Origin: Sphingobacteriia bacterium
GTDB lineage: Bacteria; Bacteroidota; Bacteroidia; UBA7662
NCBI GenBank assembly: GCA_009927485.1
Contig: RFMW01000091.1
Coordinates: 12,319 to 76,318, forward strand
Length of the DNA stretch: 64,000 bases
Direction of reading: 5' to 3'
Positions within the stretch are counted from its first letter, which is position 1; every line of letters begins with the position of its first letter. The notes under the pieces were generated by a model. That model did no database searches. It was not told the origin of the DNA and saw only the letters and a list, made by a program, of their open reading frames with translations. Shown one piece after another: positions 38,079 through 46,799 of this stretch. Position numbers and translations under genes: made by a program.

Positions 38079-38981
38079 TTACAGCGTCCGCAGGAAGGCC
38101 AGCAAAGCCTGTTTTTCCTCTGGATTAAGGTGGATTCGCCCTGCTTCACCCGCTCCATCGGTATAGTGTTGCAACACAGTTTCTAAGTTTGCTGCAGAGC
38201 CGTTGTGAAAGTAAGGAGCGGTCTTGGAAAGGTGCACCAGTGGCGGTGTTCGAAATCGCCCTCGGTCCTCTTCCAACAAACTAATGGCAGCCCTACCGGG
38301 ATCCGAGGAATCCACACCCAAATTATAGAAACGTCCATCGGTCCACGAGGGACCGTGATGACAACGAATGCAGGCCGCTTTGCCTCTGAACAAAGCCAAA
38401 CCTTGTTCAATATTCCGATGAGTGGGCTTGGGCGCGCTTTTTATCGAGTGTTCGGTGGTTGGATCCCCACTCTTCGAAAGGAGTCCTATCTTTTTTACAT
38501 AATCCCGGATAGCCAATAGATAGCCTGCCGCCAACGGTTGACCCGGATACAATCTATTTAAAATCAGTTTGTACCGGGTAAAATGCTGCAATTTCCTCTC
38601 CAGATCAACAGGGTTCATATCCTGGTCTCGATGCGCGGTCAACGCTGCCAAAATTCCTTGACTACCGTGACGTAACGGGGTTACTCCCCCATCCCACATC
38701 AACGGAATATCCCAGGGGAGACCAACCAAGGTAGGTGTATTGCGTAGAGTCTGCCTACCCCAAACCCCTCTTGAAAAGGCTACGTTGTCCGCAAAGGCAT
38801 GTTCGGCCTTGTGGCATGATGCACATGAAACTCGACCATCGCTGGAAAATCGGGGATCCTCAAAGAGGGCTTGCCCAATTGCTGAACTCGTAGTTCTTAG
38901 GGCAATGGAATCGCTGTTCTGATCTGCACAAGACGTCAAGATCAAAATCCACCAACAACATCCGCTGAAACAAGACCTCAA
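38079..38981 (-). CDS. di-haem cytochrome c peroxidase (MauG/MbnH-like), paralog 2
   Basis: Two CxxCH haem sites (CASCH, CIRCH). Signal peptide. 4-bp overlap with the upstream paralog. Confidence 0.8.
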   Translation of the reverse strand: MRSCFSGCCWWILILTSCADQNSDSIALRTTSSAIGQALFEDPRFSSDGRVSCASCHKAEHAFADNVAFSRGVWGRQTLRNTPTLVGLPWDIPLMWDGGVTPLRHGSQGILAALTAHRDQDMNPVDLERKLQHFTRYKLILNRLYPGQPLAAGYLLAIRDYVKKIGLLSKSGDPTTEHSIKSAPKPTHRNIEQGLALFRGKAACIRCHHGPSWTDGRFYNLGVDSSDPGRAAISLLEEDRGRFRTPPLVHLSKTAPYFHNGSAANLETVLQHYTDGAGEAGRIHLNPEEKQALLAFLRTL

Positions 38982-40051
38982 GGCTCGGCGTAGGCAGGGT
39001 TGGATGCCAAAGTGCTGTCGGTCAGGGTATGAAGAAAGGAAATAAGGTCCGCCTTGTCTTGAGCACTCAACCTCAGACCACCGGTTTGAACCCTGAGGTT
39101 GGCGTTCAAGGTGCTGCTCTGCACGACGCCATGGTCATAATGATCGATGACTTCTTCCAAGGTGGCCAAGCGACCATCGTGCATGTACGGTGCGGTGAGG
39201 CCTACGTTGCGAAGGGAAGGCACTTTGAATTTACCTCGATCGCCCGCCAGTCCGGTAACCACCTGGTAGCCAGTTTGGAGGACCGAATCCAATCCGTTGT
39301 TCTCAAACAAACGATTGGTAAACAGCGCACCCCCGTGGCAATGGAAACAATCTGCTCCCGTCGGACGACCGGAACCCGGGGCTGTGTATTCCCGCATAAA
39401 CAAATCAAAGCCGCGTTGCTCGGCAGGAGAAAAGGTGACCTGACCCATACGGACCTTATCAAATTTGGAACGCCAGGAAGTCATGGACAAAAGAAATTGC
39501 TCCAGGGCTTTTTGGAAACGCTCCACATTCACGGTTTCGTCGCCAAAGGCCCTACCAAACCGCTCTCGGTACGACGCATCACCTCGAAGCCTGGAGAGGG
39601 CCTCTTCCAAGGGCAAATGCATCTCCAAAGGATCCTGAACAGGCTGAACCACCTGGTCCCTGAGGTTGGGAGAACGCCCATCCCAGAAGAGGCGATTTGC
39701 CCATAACAAATTGAAAACAGGCATGGCATTGCGAGTTCCGAGCGTACCGTTGACACCGCGTGAATACACCAAGGTATCCGTGAAGGCATGATTGGGCAAA
39801 TGGCATGAGGCACAGGCCACAGTCCGATCCAAGCTCAACGCTTTGTCATAAAAAAGTTGACGGCCCAAGGCCACCCCCTCCACCGTAGCGGGATTATCCG
39901 AGGGCCATGGCAACGATGGAAAACCCAGACCGGGTGGCGGCATATCCACAGGGAAGGCTGTGGGCGCAGGGAAAACCTTGGGCTGATCGGACTCACAACC
40001 CATCAACAACAGGACTGGAAACAGCATCCAGGAAAATCGAGGGGAGACCAT
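38978..40051 (-). CDS. di-haem cytochrome c peroxidase (MauG/MbnH-like), paralog 1
   Basis: Two CxxCH haem sites (CASCH, CFHCH). Signal peptide. Immediately downstream of the putative MbnP-like lipoprotein. Confidence 0.8.
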   Translation of the reverse strand: MVSPRFSWMLFPVLLLMGCESDQPKVFPAPTAFPVDMPPPGLGFPSLPWPSDNPATVEGVALGRQLFYDKALSLDRTVACASCHLPNHAFTDTLVYSRGVNGTLGTRNAMPVFNLLWANRLFWDGRSPNLRDQVVQPVQDPLEMHLPLEEALSRLRGDASYRERFGRAFGDETVNVERFQKALEQFLLSMTSWRSKFDKVRMGQVTFSPAEQRGFDLFMREYTAPGSGRPTGADCFHCHGGALFTNRLFENNGLDSVLQTGYQVVTGLAGDRGKFKVPSLRNVGLTAPYMHDGRLATLEEVIDHYDHGVVQSSTLNANLRVQTGGLRLSAQDKADLISFLHTLTDSTLASNPAYAEP

Positions 40052-40063
40052 TTGCTCTACAGT

Positions 40064-40861
40064 TTAAGGATTGTTGATTATAATTCCTTTCCACGCAAAA
40101 GCCCCGGCAAGGTTGGAGGCTAATTTCTCGGCAACCCGGTCACCCAGGGAGGCATGAGAAAAGGAAGAAGAATCGGTGATCCAATGGGTATGACCGCCGT
40201 CAAAAAACTGACGCATACGCAATTCAACCATCATGGTTTCCGCTACTTTGTTCAAGGTGGTGGGGGGAAAGCGCAAGGTCACAGGGCGATAATAGGTATC
40301 CCCACCCAAGTGGTAGGAAAAGCCTCCGTTCAAGGGCGGATCCGTCCGTTGATACTGTCCTTCCAATTTGAAGAAGATATAACCTGTGTTCCAATTCCAA
40401 TGCATATGGGCGCTGTTAAGCAAAGAAAGTGGATTGGATACCGGCCATAACGCAGGGTCGCTGTGATTTCGCAGGGAATCAATCCCCACGGCCAGTCGAA
40501 AAGCGATAAATGTTCCGGAAGGGGCTGTATCCGAAATTTTCCAAGAATATTGTAATTGACGCTCCAAATCCGCATAGGCTACCGCATCGGGAAATTCCAG
40601 CCAGGAACTGTCCGAACGCTGCAAAGCAAAACCAGTTAAGTAATATTGACAATGGTTGATCTCGATTTGATTCAAGGTGGTTGGTAACCAACTTTGGTTA
40701 AGAACCAACGGAACAGCGGCGCCTGGAGGTGGTCCCATTTCGTAAACATGACCTAACTGCAAGAACAGACCGGTGGTGGCTGGCGGCTCAGGGCTGTTGG
40801 ACTGGCATCCTAACATCAAAAACAGGAAAATGCCAAGGCCTAAACTTTGGATTTTGTTCAT
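40064..40861 (-). CDS. W-rich lipoprotein, putative MbnP-family (copper-binding) partner of di-haem peroxidase
   Basis: Lipoprotein signal (MNKIQSLGLGIFLFLMLGCQS). About 265 aa, Trp-rich. First gene of an operon with two MauG/MbnH-like peroxidases. The family call is based on context and size, not on a recognised motif. Confidence 0.4.
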   Translation of the reverse strand: MNKIQSLGLGIFLFLMLGCQSNSPEPPATTGLFLQLGHVYEMGPPPGAAVPLVLNQSWLPTTLNQIEINHCQYYLTGFALQRSDSSWLEFPDAVAYADLERQLQYSWKISDTAPSGTFIAFRLAVGIDSLRNHSDPALWPVSNPLSLLNSAHMHWNWNTGYIFFKLEGQYQRTDPPLNGGFSYHLGGDTYYRPVTLRFPPTTLNKVAETMMVELRMRQFFDGGHTHWITDSSSFSHASLGDRVAEKLASNLAGAFAWKGIIINNP

Positions 40862-40904
40862 GGCGAGGCTATTCATGGCAAGCAAATTAAAAGTGGCCAT
40901 TCCA

Positions 40905-41363
40905 TTAAAGAACATCTTGAATTTGTGGGGTATGGAACAAATCCTCCTCCTCATTGGACCATAGCAATTGCAAAGCTTCCCCATCAAAGAGCATGAAACG
41001 CAAGGGTGCAGGTACCAAAACCAATTTGGCCCTCCTTGCAGGTTGTCCCGCTAATTCCCAATCCACCAGGATGCCTTCATCCATGGGCAACTCATAGGAT
41101 CCCTCTTCGATGACAGATTCGTTGTATCCTGAAGCCATGTAAGCAGTGGGTAACAATACTTCTTGGCCTGGAAAATGAGCTTCATGGATCTTCTGAAGTT
41201 TGGCTTCCAAATAGGACCCATGTTCTTGGTTAAAGGCATCCTCGGCATCGGTCATTGCGTCTTCTACTTCATCGTAGGTCGGGTCCGAATAATTCAATCC
41301 AACCAATTGATTTCGCAATGCGATTAGGGCCAAAAAGTCTTGGTCCAAGCTGTCTTTTTTCAT
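40905..41363 (-). CDS. hypothetical acidic cytoplasmic protein
   Basis: Intact ORF of about 150 aa with no signal peptide and no recognised motif. Confidence 0.4.
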   Translation of the reverse strand: MKKDSLDQDFLALIALRNQLVGLNYSDPTYDEVEDAMTDAEDAFNQEHGSYLEAKLQKIHEAHFPGQEVLLPTAYMASGYNESVIEEGSYELPMDEGILVDWELAGQPARRAKLVLVPAPLRFMLFDGEALQLLWSNEEEDLFHTPQIQDVL

Positions 41364-41466
41364 GGAAAAATGCTTAATTCCCTGCAAAAGTACTAAGATA
41401 TGGGCCTACCAAGCACTAAGTTGAGCCATGGCCCGGGCATCGGGTCCTGTAAATTATCTTTGGGGC

Positions 41467-42870
41467 ATGAAAATTAAATTTGGAACTGATGGATGGCGGG
41501 CCATTATTGCTCGTGAATTCACCGTTGATCAGGTAGCCCGGGTTGCTCAGGGTACGGCGTCATGGCTTCTTGCGCATCATTCGCATCCTACGGTTGTTTT
41601 AGGCTCGGATTGCCGCTTTGGTGGGCGCATGTTTGCCGAGGTGGTAGCCACCGTTCTGGCCCAAAATGGGGTCAAAGTTCTGTGGGACCAAAACGATTTT
41701 GTTTCGACACCTATGGTTTCCTTAGGCACCTTTCAAAAGGGTGCCCAAGCGGGCATCATCCTCACGGCCAGCCATAATCCACCGGCTTACAACGGATTCA
41801 AAATCAAAGCCCATTACGGAGGTCCTGCCATTCCTTCCATGATCAGTGAGGTCGAGGCCCTGATTCCGGAGGAGGTTCCCACCCTGACTCATGCGGTGGA
41901 TCATTGGATTTCGCAAGGAATGGTCCAGAAACTGGACTTAATGCAGGCTTATCTTGATAAAATTCGTTCGAATTTTGATTTGGACGCTATTGCAGGGATT
42001 TCCCATGGCCTCGCCTTCGATGCCATGTACGGTGCGGGGCAACGCGTGATTCCGACCTTGTTTCCCAAGGCCCATTTACTGCATTGCCAACACAATCCCG
42101 GTTTCAACGGTCAGGCCCCTGAGCCCATAGCTCGCAATCTCCATGAGCTTTCCACGACCATGGCGAATCAATCCCACTTGAAAATTGGACTGGCCGTGGA
42201 CGGTGATGCCGACCGCATAGGGCTTGTGGATGCTTCGGGGAATTTTGTGGATTCGCATCATATTTTGATGTTATTGGTGGCTTATTTGGCTGGTGTCCAA
42301 GAACGTAAAGGCCGCGTAGTCGTTTCCTTTTCGGTAAGTCCCCGAATTGCCAAAGTATGCGAACATTATGGCCTGGAACTTGAGGTAACCCCTATTGGCT
42401 TCAAATACATCTGCGAAATCATGTGCCATGGGGGTGTTTTGGTGGGCGGCGAAGAGTCAGGTGGCATTGCCATTGACGGTTATATCCCCGAAAGGGATGG
42501 GATATGGATCGGTTTGACCCTGATGGAATACATGGCCAAATCGGGCAAAACCTTGGAAGAACTTATCCAGGAAGTTTATGCCATTTCAGGGACCTTTTGC
42601 TACGACCGTTGGGACTTGCACATCGAAGATTCTCACAAGGCAGAAGTTATGAGCAAATTGGCTAAAGGGGCATATACCCACTTCGGACCCTATACCGTTC
42701 AACGAACCGAATCGACCGATGGGTACAAATGCTGGCTCAACGAGAACGACTGGGTAATGTTTCGCGCCTCGGGCACCGAACCTGTTTTGAGAATTTACGC
42801 CGAATCCAATACCCGCGAAGAAACCGAGGCCATCCTCAAGGCCGCCCAAAGTACCCTCTACGGAGCGTAA
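41467..42870 (+). CDS. phosphoglucomutase/phosphomannomutase-family phosphohexomutase
   Basis: MKIKFGTDGWRAII start. Active-site Ser loop TASHNPPAYNGFK. Metal-binding DGDADR. 468 aa. Confidence 0.85.
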   Translation: MKIKFGTDGWRAIIAREFTVDQVARVAQGTASWLLAHHSHPTVVLGSDCRFGGRMFAEVVATVLAQNGVKVLWDQNDFVSTPMVSLGTFQKGAQAGIILTASHNPPAYNGFKIKAHYGGPAIPSMISEVEALIPEEVPTLTHAVDHWISQGMVQKLDLMQAYLDKIRSNFDLDAIAGISHGLAFDAMYGAGQRVIPTLFPKAHLLHCQHNPGFNGQAPEPIARNLHELSTTMANQSHLKIGLAVDGDADRIGLVDASGNFVDSHHILMLLVAYLAGVQERKGRVVVSFSVSPRIAKVCEHYGLELEVTPIGFKYICEIMCHGGVLVGGEESGGIAIDGYIPERDGIWIGLTLMEYMAKSGKTLEELIQEVYAISGTFCYDRWDLHIEDSHKAEVMSKLAKGAYTHFGPYTVQRTESTDGYKCWLNENDWVMFRASGTEPVLRIYAESNTREETEAILKAAQSTLYGA

Positions 42871-42874
42871 CTTC

Positions 42875-43193
42875 GTTGCGGTTGCGCGTTCCGCCGCTGG
42901 CACTTCGGTGCTGGAGGAAAGTCCGGACAACGCAGAGCGCCAGGCTTTGGAAACAAAGGCCGGGGTAACCCGGTAGAAAGTGCCACAGAAAAGAACCGAC
43001 CGCAAGGTCAAGGGTGAAAACGTGAGGTAAGAGCTCACGCGCTCCGATGGTGACATCGGTTTGGGGTAAACCTCCTGGGTTGCAAGGCCGTGTATACCGG
43101 GGCAGCGCTGCTCGCGCGTTCCCGGGGGGTAGGCCGCTTAGATAAATGGTGGAAATGCCGCAAGGCATACAGAATCTGGCTTATAGCGCAACC
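42875..43193 (+). ncRNA. rnpB: RNase P RNA, bacterial type A
   Basis: P4 5' strand GGAGGAAAGTCCGGAC. AGGGTGAAAACGTGAGGTAAGAGCTCACGC (P10-12 region). ACAGAATCTGGCTTAT P4 3' strand. P1 pairing GGTTGCGC...GCGCAACC. Followed by a T6 run. Confidence 0.85.
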
Positions 43194-43274
43194 TTTTTTG
43201 TTAAATTCTACCCATTTTCACTTGATAATTTCAGTTTTAAACAAATTCTCTAACTTTGTATAGTAAATTAGACA

Positions 43275-44669
43275 ATGCTTATGAGGATTCTTGTTGTTGA
43301 CGACGAGGCCACCATCAGGGATAGCCTCAAGGATATCCTTGAGGGCGAGGGTTTTGACGTAGAATTGGCCGGCGACGGGATACAGGCTCTTCAAATCCTT
43401 GGAGACCGTGAATTCGACTTGGTCCTGTCCGATATCAAAATGCCTCGTATGGATGGCATTGAATTGCTTTCCCATTGTGCGAGGCATTACGCTCAAATGC
43501 CGATCATCATGATATCAGCCCATGGGAATGTGCAGACCGCTGTCGAAGCCACCAAACTTGGGGCCTTCGATTTCATCACCAAACCCTTGGATTTGGACAG
43601 GCTGCTGATTACCATTCGGAATGCCCTTCAAATTCGTGCACTTAAGCAAGAAGCCATCACGTGGACCCAGGATGATCTGGATCCTGTAGAACTTCAAGGA
43701 CAATCCCCTGCCCTCCTTAGTCTCAAAGAAACCTTGCAAAGGGTAGCCCCAACCGATGTTCGTATCTTAATAAGTGGGCAAGCCGGTACCGGCAAAGAAT
43801 GGATTGCCCGATTCATCCATCGCCTTAGCCCCCGAAATCACGGCCCCTTCGTTTCCTTGAACTGTGCTACGATCCCGGCGGATAATTTAGAACTAAAGCT
43901 ATTTGGCCATAGCGATTCTTCGGGAGATGCCCTCTTGCCCAAAGGCTATTATAACCAAGCCTTGGGAGGAACCTTGTTCCTGGATGAAATTGCGGATTTG
44001 CCTGGCCCTGCACAATTGACCTTGGTTCGCCTGTTGGAATCCTCCAAGAACCAAGGATCTTCAGGCCGTCACGGGGTTCGAATCCTGGCAGGTAGTCAAA
44101 AGGACCTCGTTCAGCTCATCGACGAAGGTAAATTCAGGTTGGATTTGTACCACCTCCTCAGCGTAATCCTCGTTCATTTGCCTTCTCTTCAACAGCGCCG
44201 CGAAGATATCCCCATGCTCGCGGGCATTTATCTCAACCGAATTTGCAAACAATACCAGCTTCCGTCCCTGCAATTTGAACCGGACGCCCTCCGCGCTTTG
44301 CAGGCCCTACCGTGGACAGGTAATTTGCGTGAACTCAAAAATGCCGTTGAGCGCCTTGCCATCCTTGCTGGCCCCAACATTACCCGAAAAGATATTCAAC
44401 AATTGATACAACCCATCGTGTTGGAAGGCAACCAAGTGGATTTGATCGATCACAATAAAGAAGCTGAACATCAGTCCATTATTTCTACCTTGGAGGAAGA
44501 GAATTTTCAACGATTCAAAGAACTCACCGAGAAGATTTTCGTGGAGCTTAAACTCAAAGAACATCAGTGGAACATCGCCAAAACCGCTGAAAGCATCGGC
44601 ATTCAACGCTCACACCTTTACAACAAAATTGAACGCTACCAACTTTCCAAACCCAAAGGCAAATTCTAA
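43275..44669 (+). CDS. sigma-54-interaction-domain response regulator (NtrC family) with degenerate GAFTGA
   Basis: Receiver domain (ILVVDDE...D54 context LVLSDIKMP). AAA+ Walker A GQAGTGKE. GNLRELKN arginine-finger region. C-terminal Fis-type HTH. Where GAFTGA is expected the sequence reads FGHSDSSGDALLPKG. Confidence 0.8.
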   Translation: MLMRILVVDDEATIRDSLKDILEGEGFDVELAGDGIQALQILGDREFDLVLSDIKMPRMDGIELLSHCARHYAQMPIIMISAHGNVQTAVEATKLGAFDFITKPLDLDRLLITIRNALQIRALKQEAITWTQDDLDPVELQGQSPALLSLKETLQRVAPTDVRILISGQAGTGKEWIARFIHRLSPRNHGPFVSLNCATIPADNLELKLFGHSDSSGDALLPKGYYNQALGGTLFLDEIADLPGPAQLTLVRLLESSKNQGSSGRHGVRILAGSQKDLVQLIDEGKFRLDLYHLLSVILVHLPSLQQRREDIPMLAGIYLNRICKQYQLPSLQFEPDALRALQALPWTGNLRELKNAVERLAILAGPNITRKDIQQLIQPIVLEGNQVDLIDHNKEAEHQSIISTLEEENFQRFKELTEKIFVELKLKEHQWNIAKTAESIGIQRSHLYNKIERYQLSKPKGKF

Positions 44670-44678
44670 GGTAATTTT

Positions 44679-46799
44679 CTAACGAATAACGCGAATAGTC
44701 CCCGAGTACGAAACGTCGTTACCATCATCATTTACCTTGAGTAAATAATAATAATTCCCAGCTTCAAGGCCCGGTGCATCCCAATCGTTTTGGTAATCAT
44801 CGGAATGGAAAACCGTTTGACCCCATCGATTAAACAAGGTAAACCGTGAACCCGGGTACAGGTACAGGTATTTGATCTTAACCTTGTCGTTGATATCATC
44901 ACCGTTGGGCGTAATAACATTGGGTACTACCACTTCCCGATACGGTACACCGAACTCCAAAACATTGGAATACGACCGGAAAACAGCGTCGGGTCGCTCC
45001 GTGTACAATCGGAGTTTGTACTGGCCTTTCTTGCGGGGTTTTCGATACGACAGCAGGGTATCCGTCCAATTGGCTGTATCAACCACCCAACCCAGTTCAG
45101 GTCGCTTAAGGTCCAATCGCTCGATTTGATATTTGGCCGTGTCCCATCCCAAATATCCGTTCCAACGCAAAGACATCACCGAATCATCGATCGATGTTTC
45201 AGGCTCATTCACGAGACGAATGGTCGATAACGTGCGAGACCGTATATTCCGAATACCGTTGATGAGGTTGAGGTCTACGTTGTAGCTTATGGGCTCGTCT
45301 TTGGGCAATACCGGGGCGTAAACATCCCGGTGTCGAAGAGAATCTACGGACGGTTCAATCCAAAAACGATTGGTCAAACGAATGGGATTTTCCCCCGGTC
45401 GGTAACGGTATAGGTTGTACCCGTTAAACCAAGCGCGATTCAATGTATCGTTGTTCGGGTCAATTCTCCAATTCAGGATGACTGCATTTTCGTTGACGGT
45501 GTCGAGCGTCACGTTCTCCATTAACAAGGGCGCTCGATAATCCGGGCAATTGCTCACGTTAATGATCAACGTATCAAACTCGTTCATAAACAAATCGCAA
45601 CGATTTCCGAAGGTGTTGTTATCGGTCCCTTTGCGACTAACCAAATAATAACGACCATTTTTTTCAAAACCTCTGGTCAATCGCACCCAAATATTACGGG
45701 TACGACCATCGCTGATGCAGGTATCGGGCCTGGCTTCCTGGATTTGGACCAGATCCCCGTCAGGGTCATATAGTCTAAATTCCGAGCCATTTCGAGCAAT
45801 GGAATTGCAAGCCACCAAGGAGTTGAGTTCAACTTTGAAGGCGGTATCGGTGGTGCACTGCACAGCCGTCGAGTCAAACTTGAAGGCAGGACGAATATTA
45901 TCGCAATAACGACCAATGCCCAAGATGACTTGAACATCGACCTTTACATAACCTACCAAGACGCCGTTGCGGTATTCGTCAACTTTCAGGACAAAAATTG
46001 AGGTTTGTTGCGTGTTGGAGAAAAAGCTGATATTACCGTTGCTGGGATTAATCGCGATTTGATTTCCGACTACATTGGCTGGAACCTGGGGGGTTCTGGG
46101 TGCCAAATAATTGGCATTCACATTCCACCCCGTCAAAGCAGAAGTTAAAGAGTAAACCACAGAGTCTCCTTGAGGTTCAGAAACATCAAAGACTACCGTT
46201 ACCGGCTCCTGTATGCAATACGCCGGGACCTGAAACGAGTTGAAGCGAGCAGAGGTATTGCCTGCAGGGATGTTGTTGTTGAGGTAAGAATCGATAAAAA
46301 AATTCTGTTGTCCAGGAGCGGGCCCGAGGGTATTGTTCGTATTTCGGCAGCACCAACCGGCATTGACGCTTGTTCCCCAAACAAAATACCAATCGTTGCA
46401 GGTAGGGGTTGTGGCCGAGAAAGGCAAGGTCACCGTCCCGGTCCACTTGTATTCCTGCAATCCATAACGCGTTCCACCGTTGCAAGTGCTGGGGTCTATG
46501 GTACAGGCCGTAACAACCTCAATCCCCGTACCAGGAACCCAGGTGACGGGCAACGTATAGGTTTGACCGCAACCGTTCCGGTAGTACATGTTCATGTTGG
46601 ACGTCGAGAACGGTCCCTGCATGATCGAATTGCAATCCCGGTAGATGGTCAAGGTAATTTGATATTCGTTGGGGTTGGCCAATTTGGTGTACGTAATGTT
46701 GCCACCGGCAATATGGGTCGCATGGGCGCTTCCGTGGATGAAGAGGAAGGAAGTGAGCAGAGTCAAAACCTTTGGGAGGTACGTCAGATAAGTTCTCAT
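44679..46799 (-). CDS. secreted protein with T9SS type-B (gliding-motility CHU_C) C-terminal domain
   Basis: Signal peptide. C-terminal NVITPNGDDINDK...FNRWGQTVFHSDDYQNDWDAPGLEAGNYYYLLKV...GTIRVIR matches the CTD-B pattern. Confidence 0.8.
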   Translation of the reverse strand: MRTYLTYLPKVLTLLTSFLFIHGSAHATHIAGGNITYTKLANPNEYQITLTIYRDCNSIMQGPFSTSNMNMYYRNGCGQTYTLPVTWVPGTGIEVVTACTIDPSTCNGGTRYGLQEYKWTGTVTLPFSATTPTCNDWYFVWGTSVNAGWCCRNTNNTLGPAPGQQNFFIDSYLNNNIPAGNTSARFNSFQVPAYCIQEPVTVVFDVSEPQGDSVVYSLTSALTGWNVNANYLAPRTPQVPANVVGNQIAINPSNGNISFFSNTQQTSIFVLKVDEYRNGVLVGYVKVDVQVILGIGRYCDNIRPAFKFDSTAVQCTTDTAFKVELNSLVACNSIARNGSEFRLYDPDGDLVQIQEARPDTCISDGRTRNIWVRLTRGFEKNGRYYLVSRKGTDNNTFGNRCDLFMNEFDTLIINVSNCPDYRAPLLMENVTLDTVNENAVILNWRIDPNNDTLNRAWFNGYNLYRYRPGENPIRLTNRFWIEPSVDSLRHRDVYAPVLPKDEPISYNVDLNLINGIRNIRSRTLSTIRLVNEPETSIDDSVMSLRWNGYLGWDTAKYQIERLDLKRPELGWVVDTANWTDTLLSYRKPRKKGQYKLRLYTERPDAVFRSYSNVLEFGVPYREVVVPNVITPNGDDINDKVKIKYLYLYPGSRFTLFNRWGQTVFHSDDYQNDWDAPGLEAGNYYYLLKVNDDGNDVSYSGTIRVIR

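Noticed and set aside
42586-43168. Two minus-strand ORFs of 156 and 110 aa after the phosphohexomutase gene
   Set aside because: They lie across the RNase P RNA. A structured GC-rich RNA produces open frames by chance.
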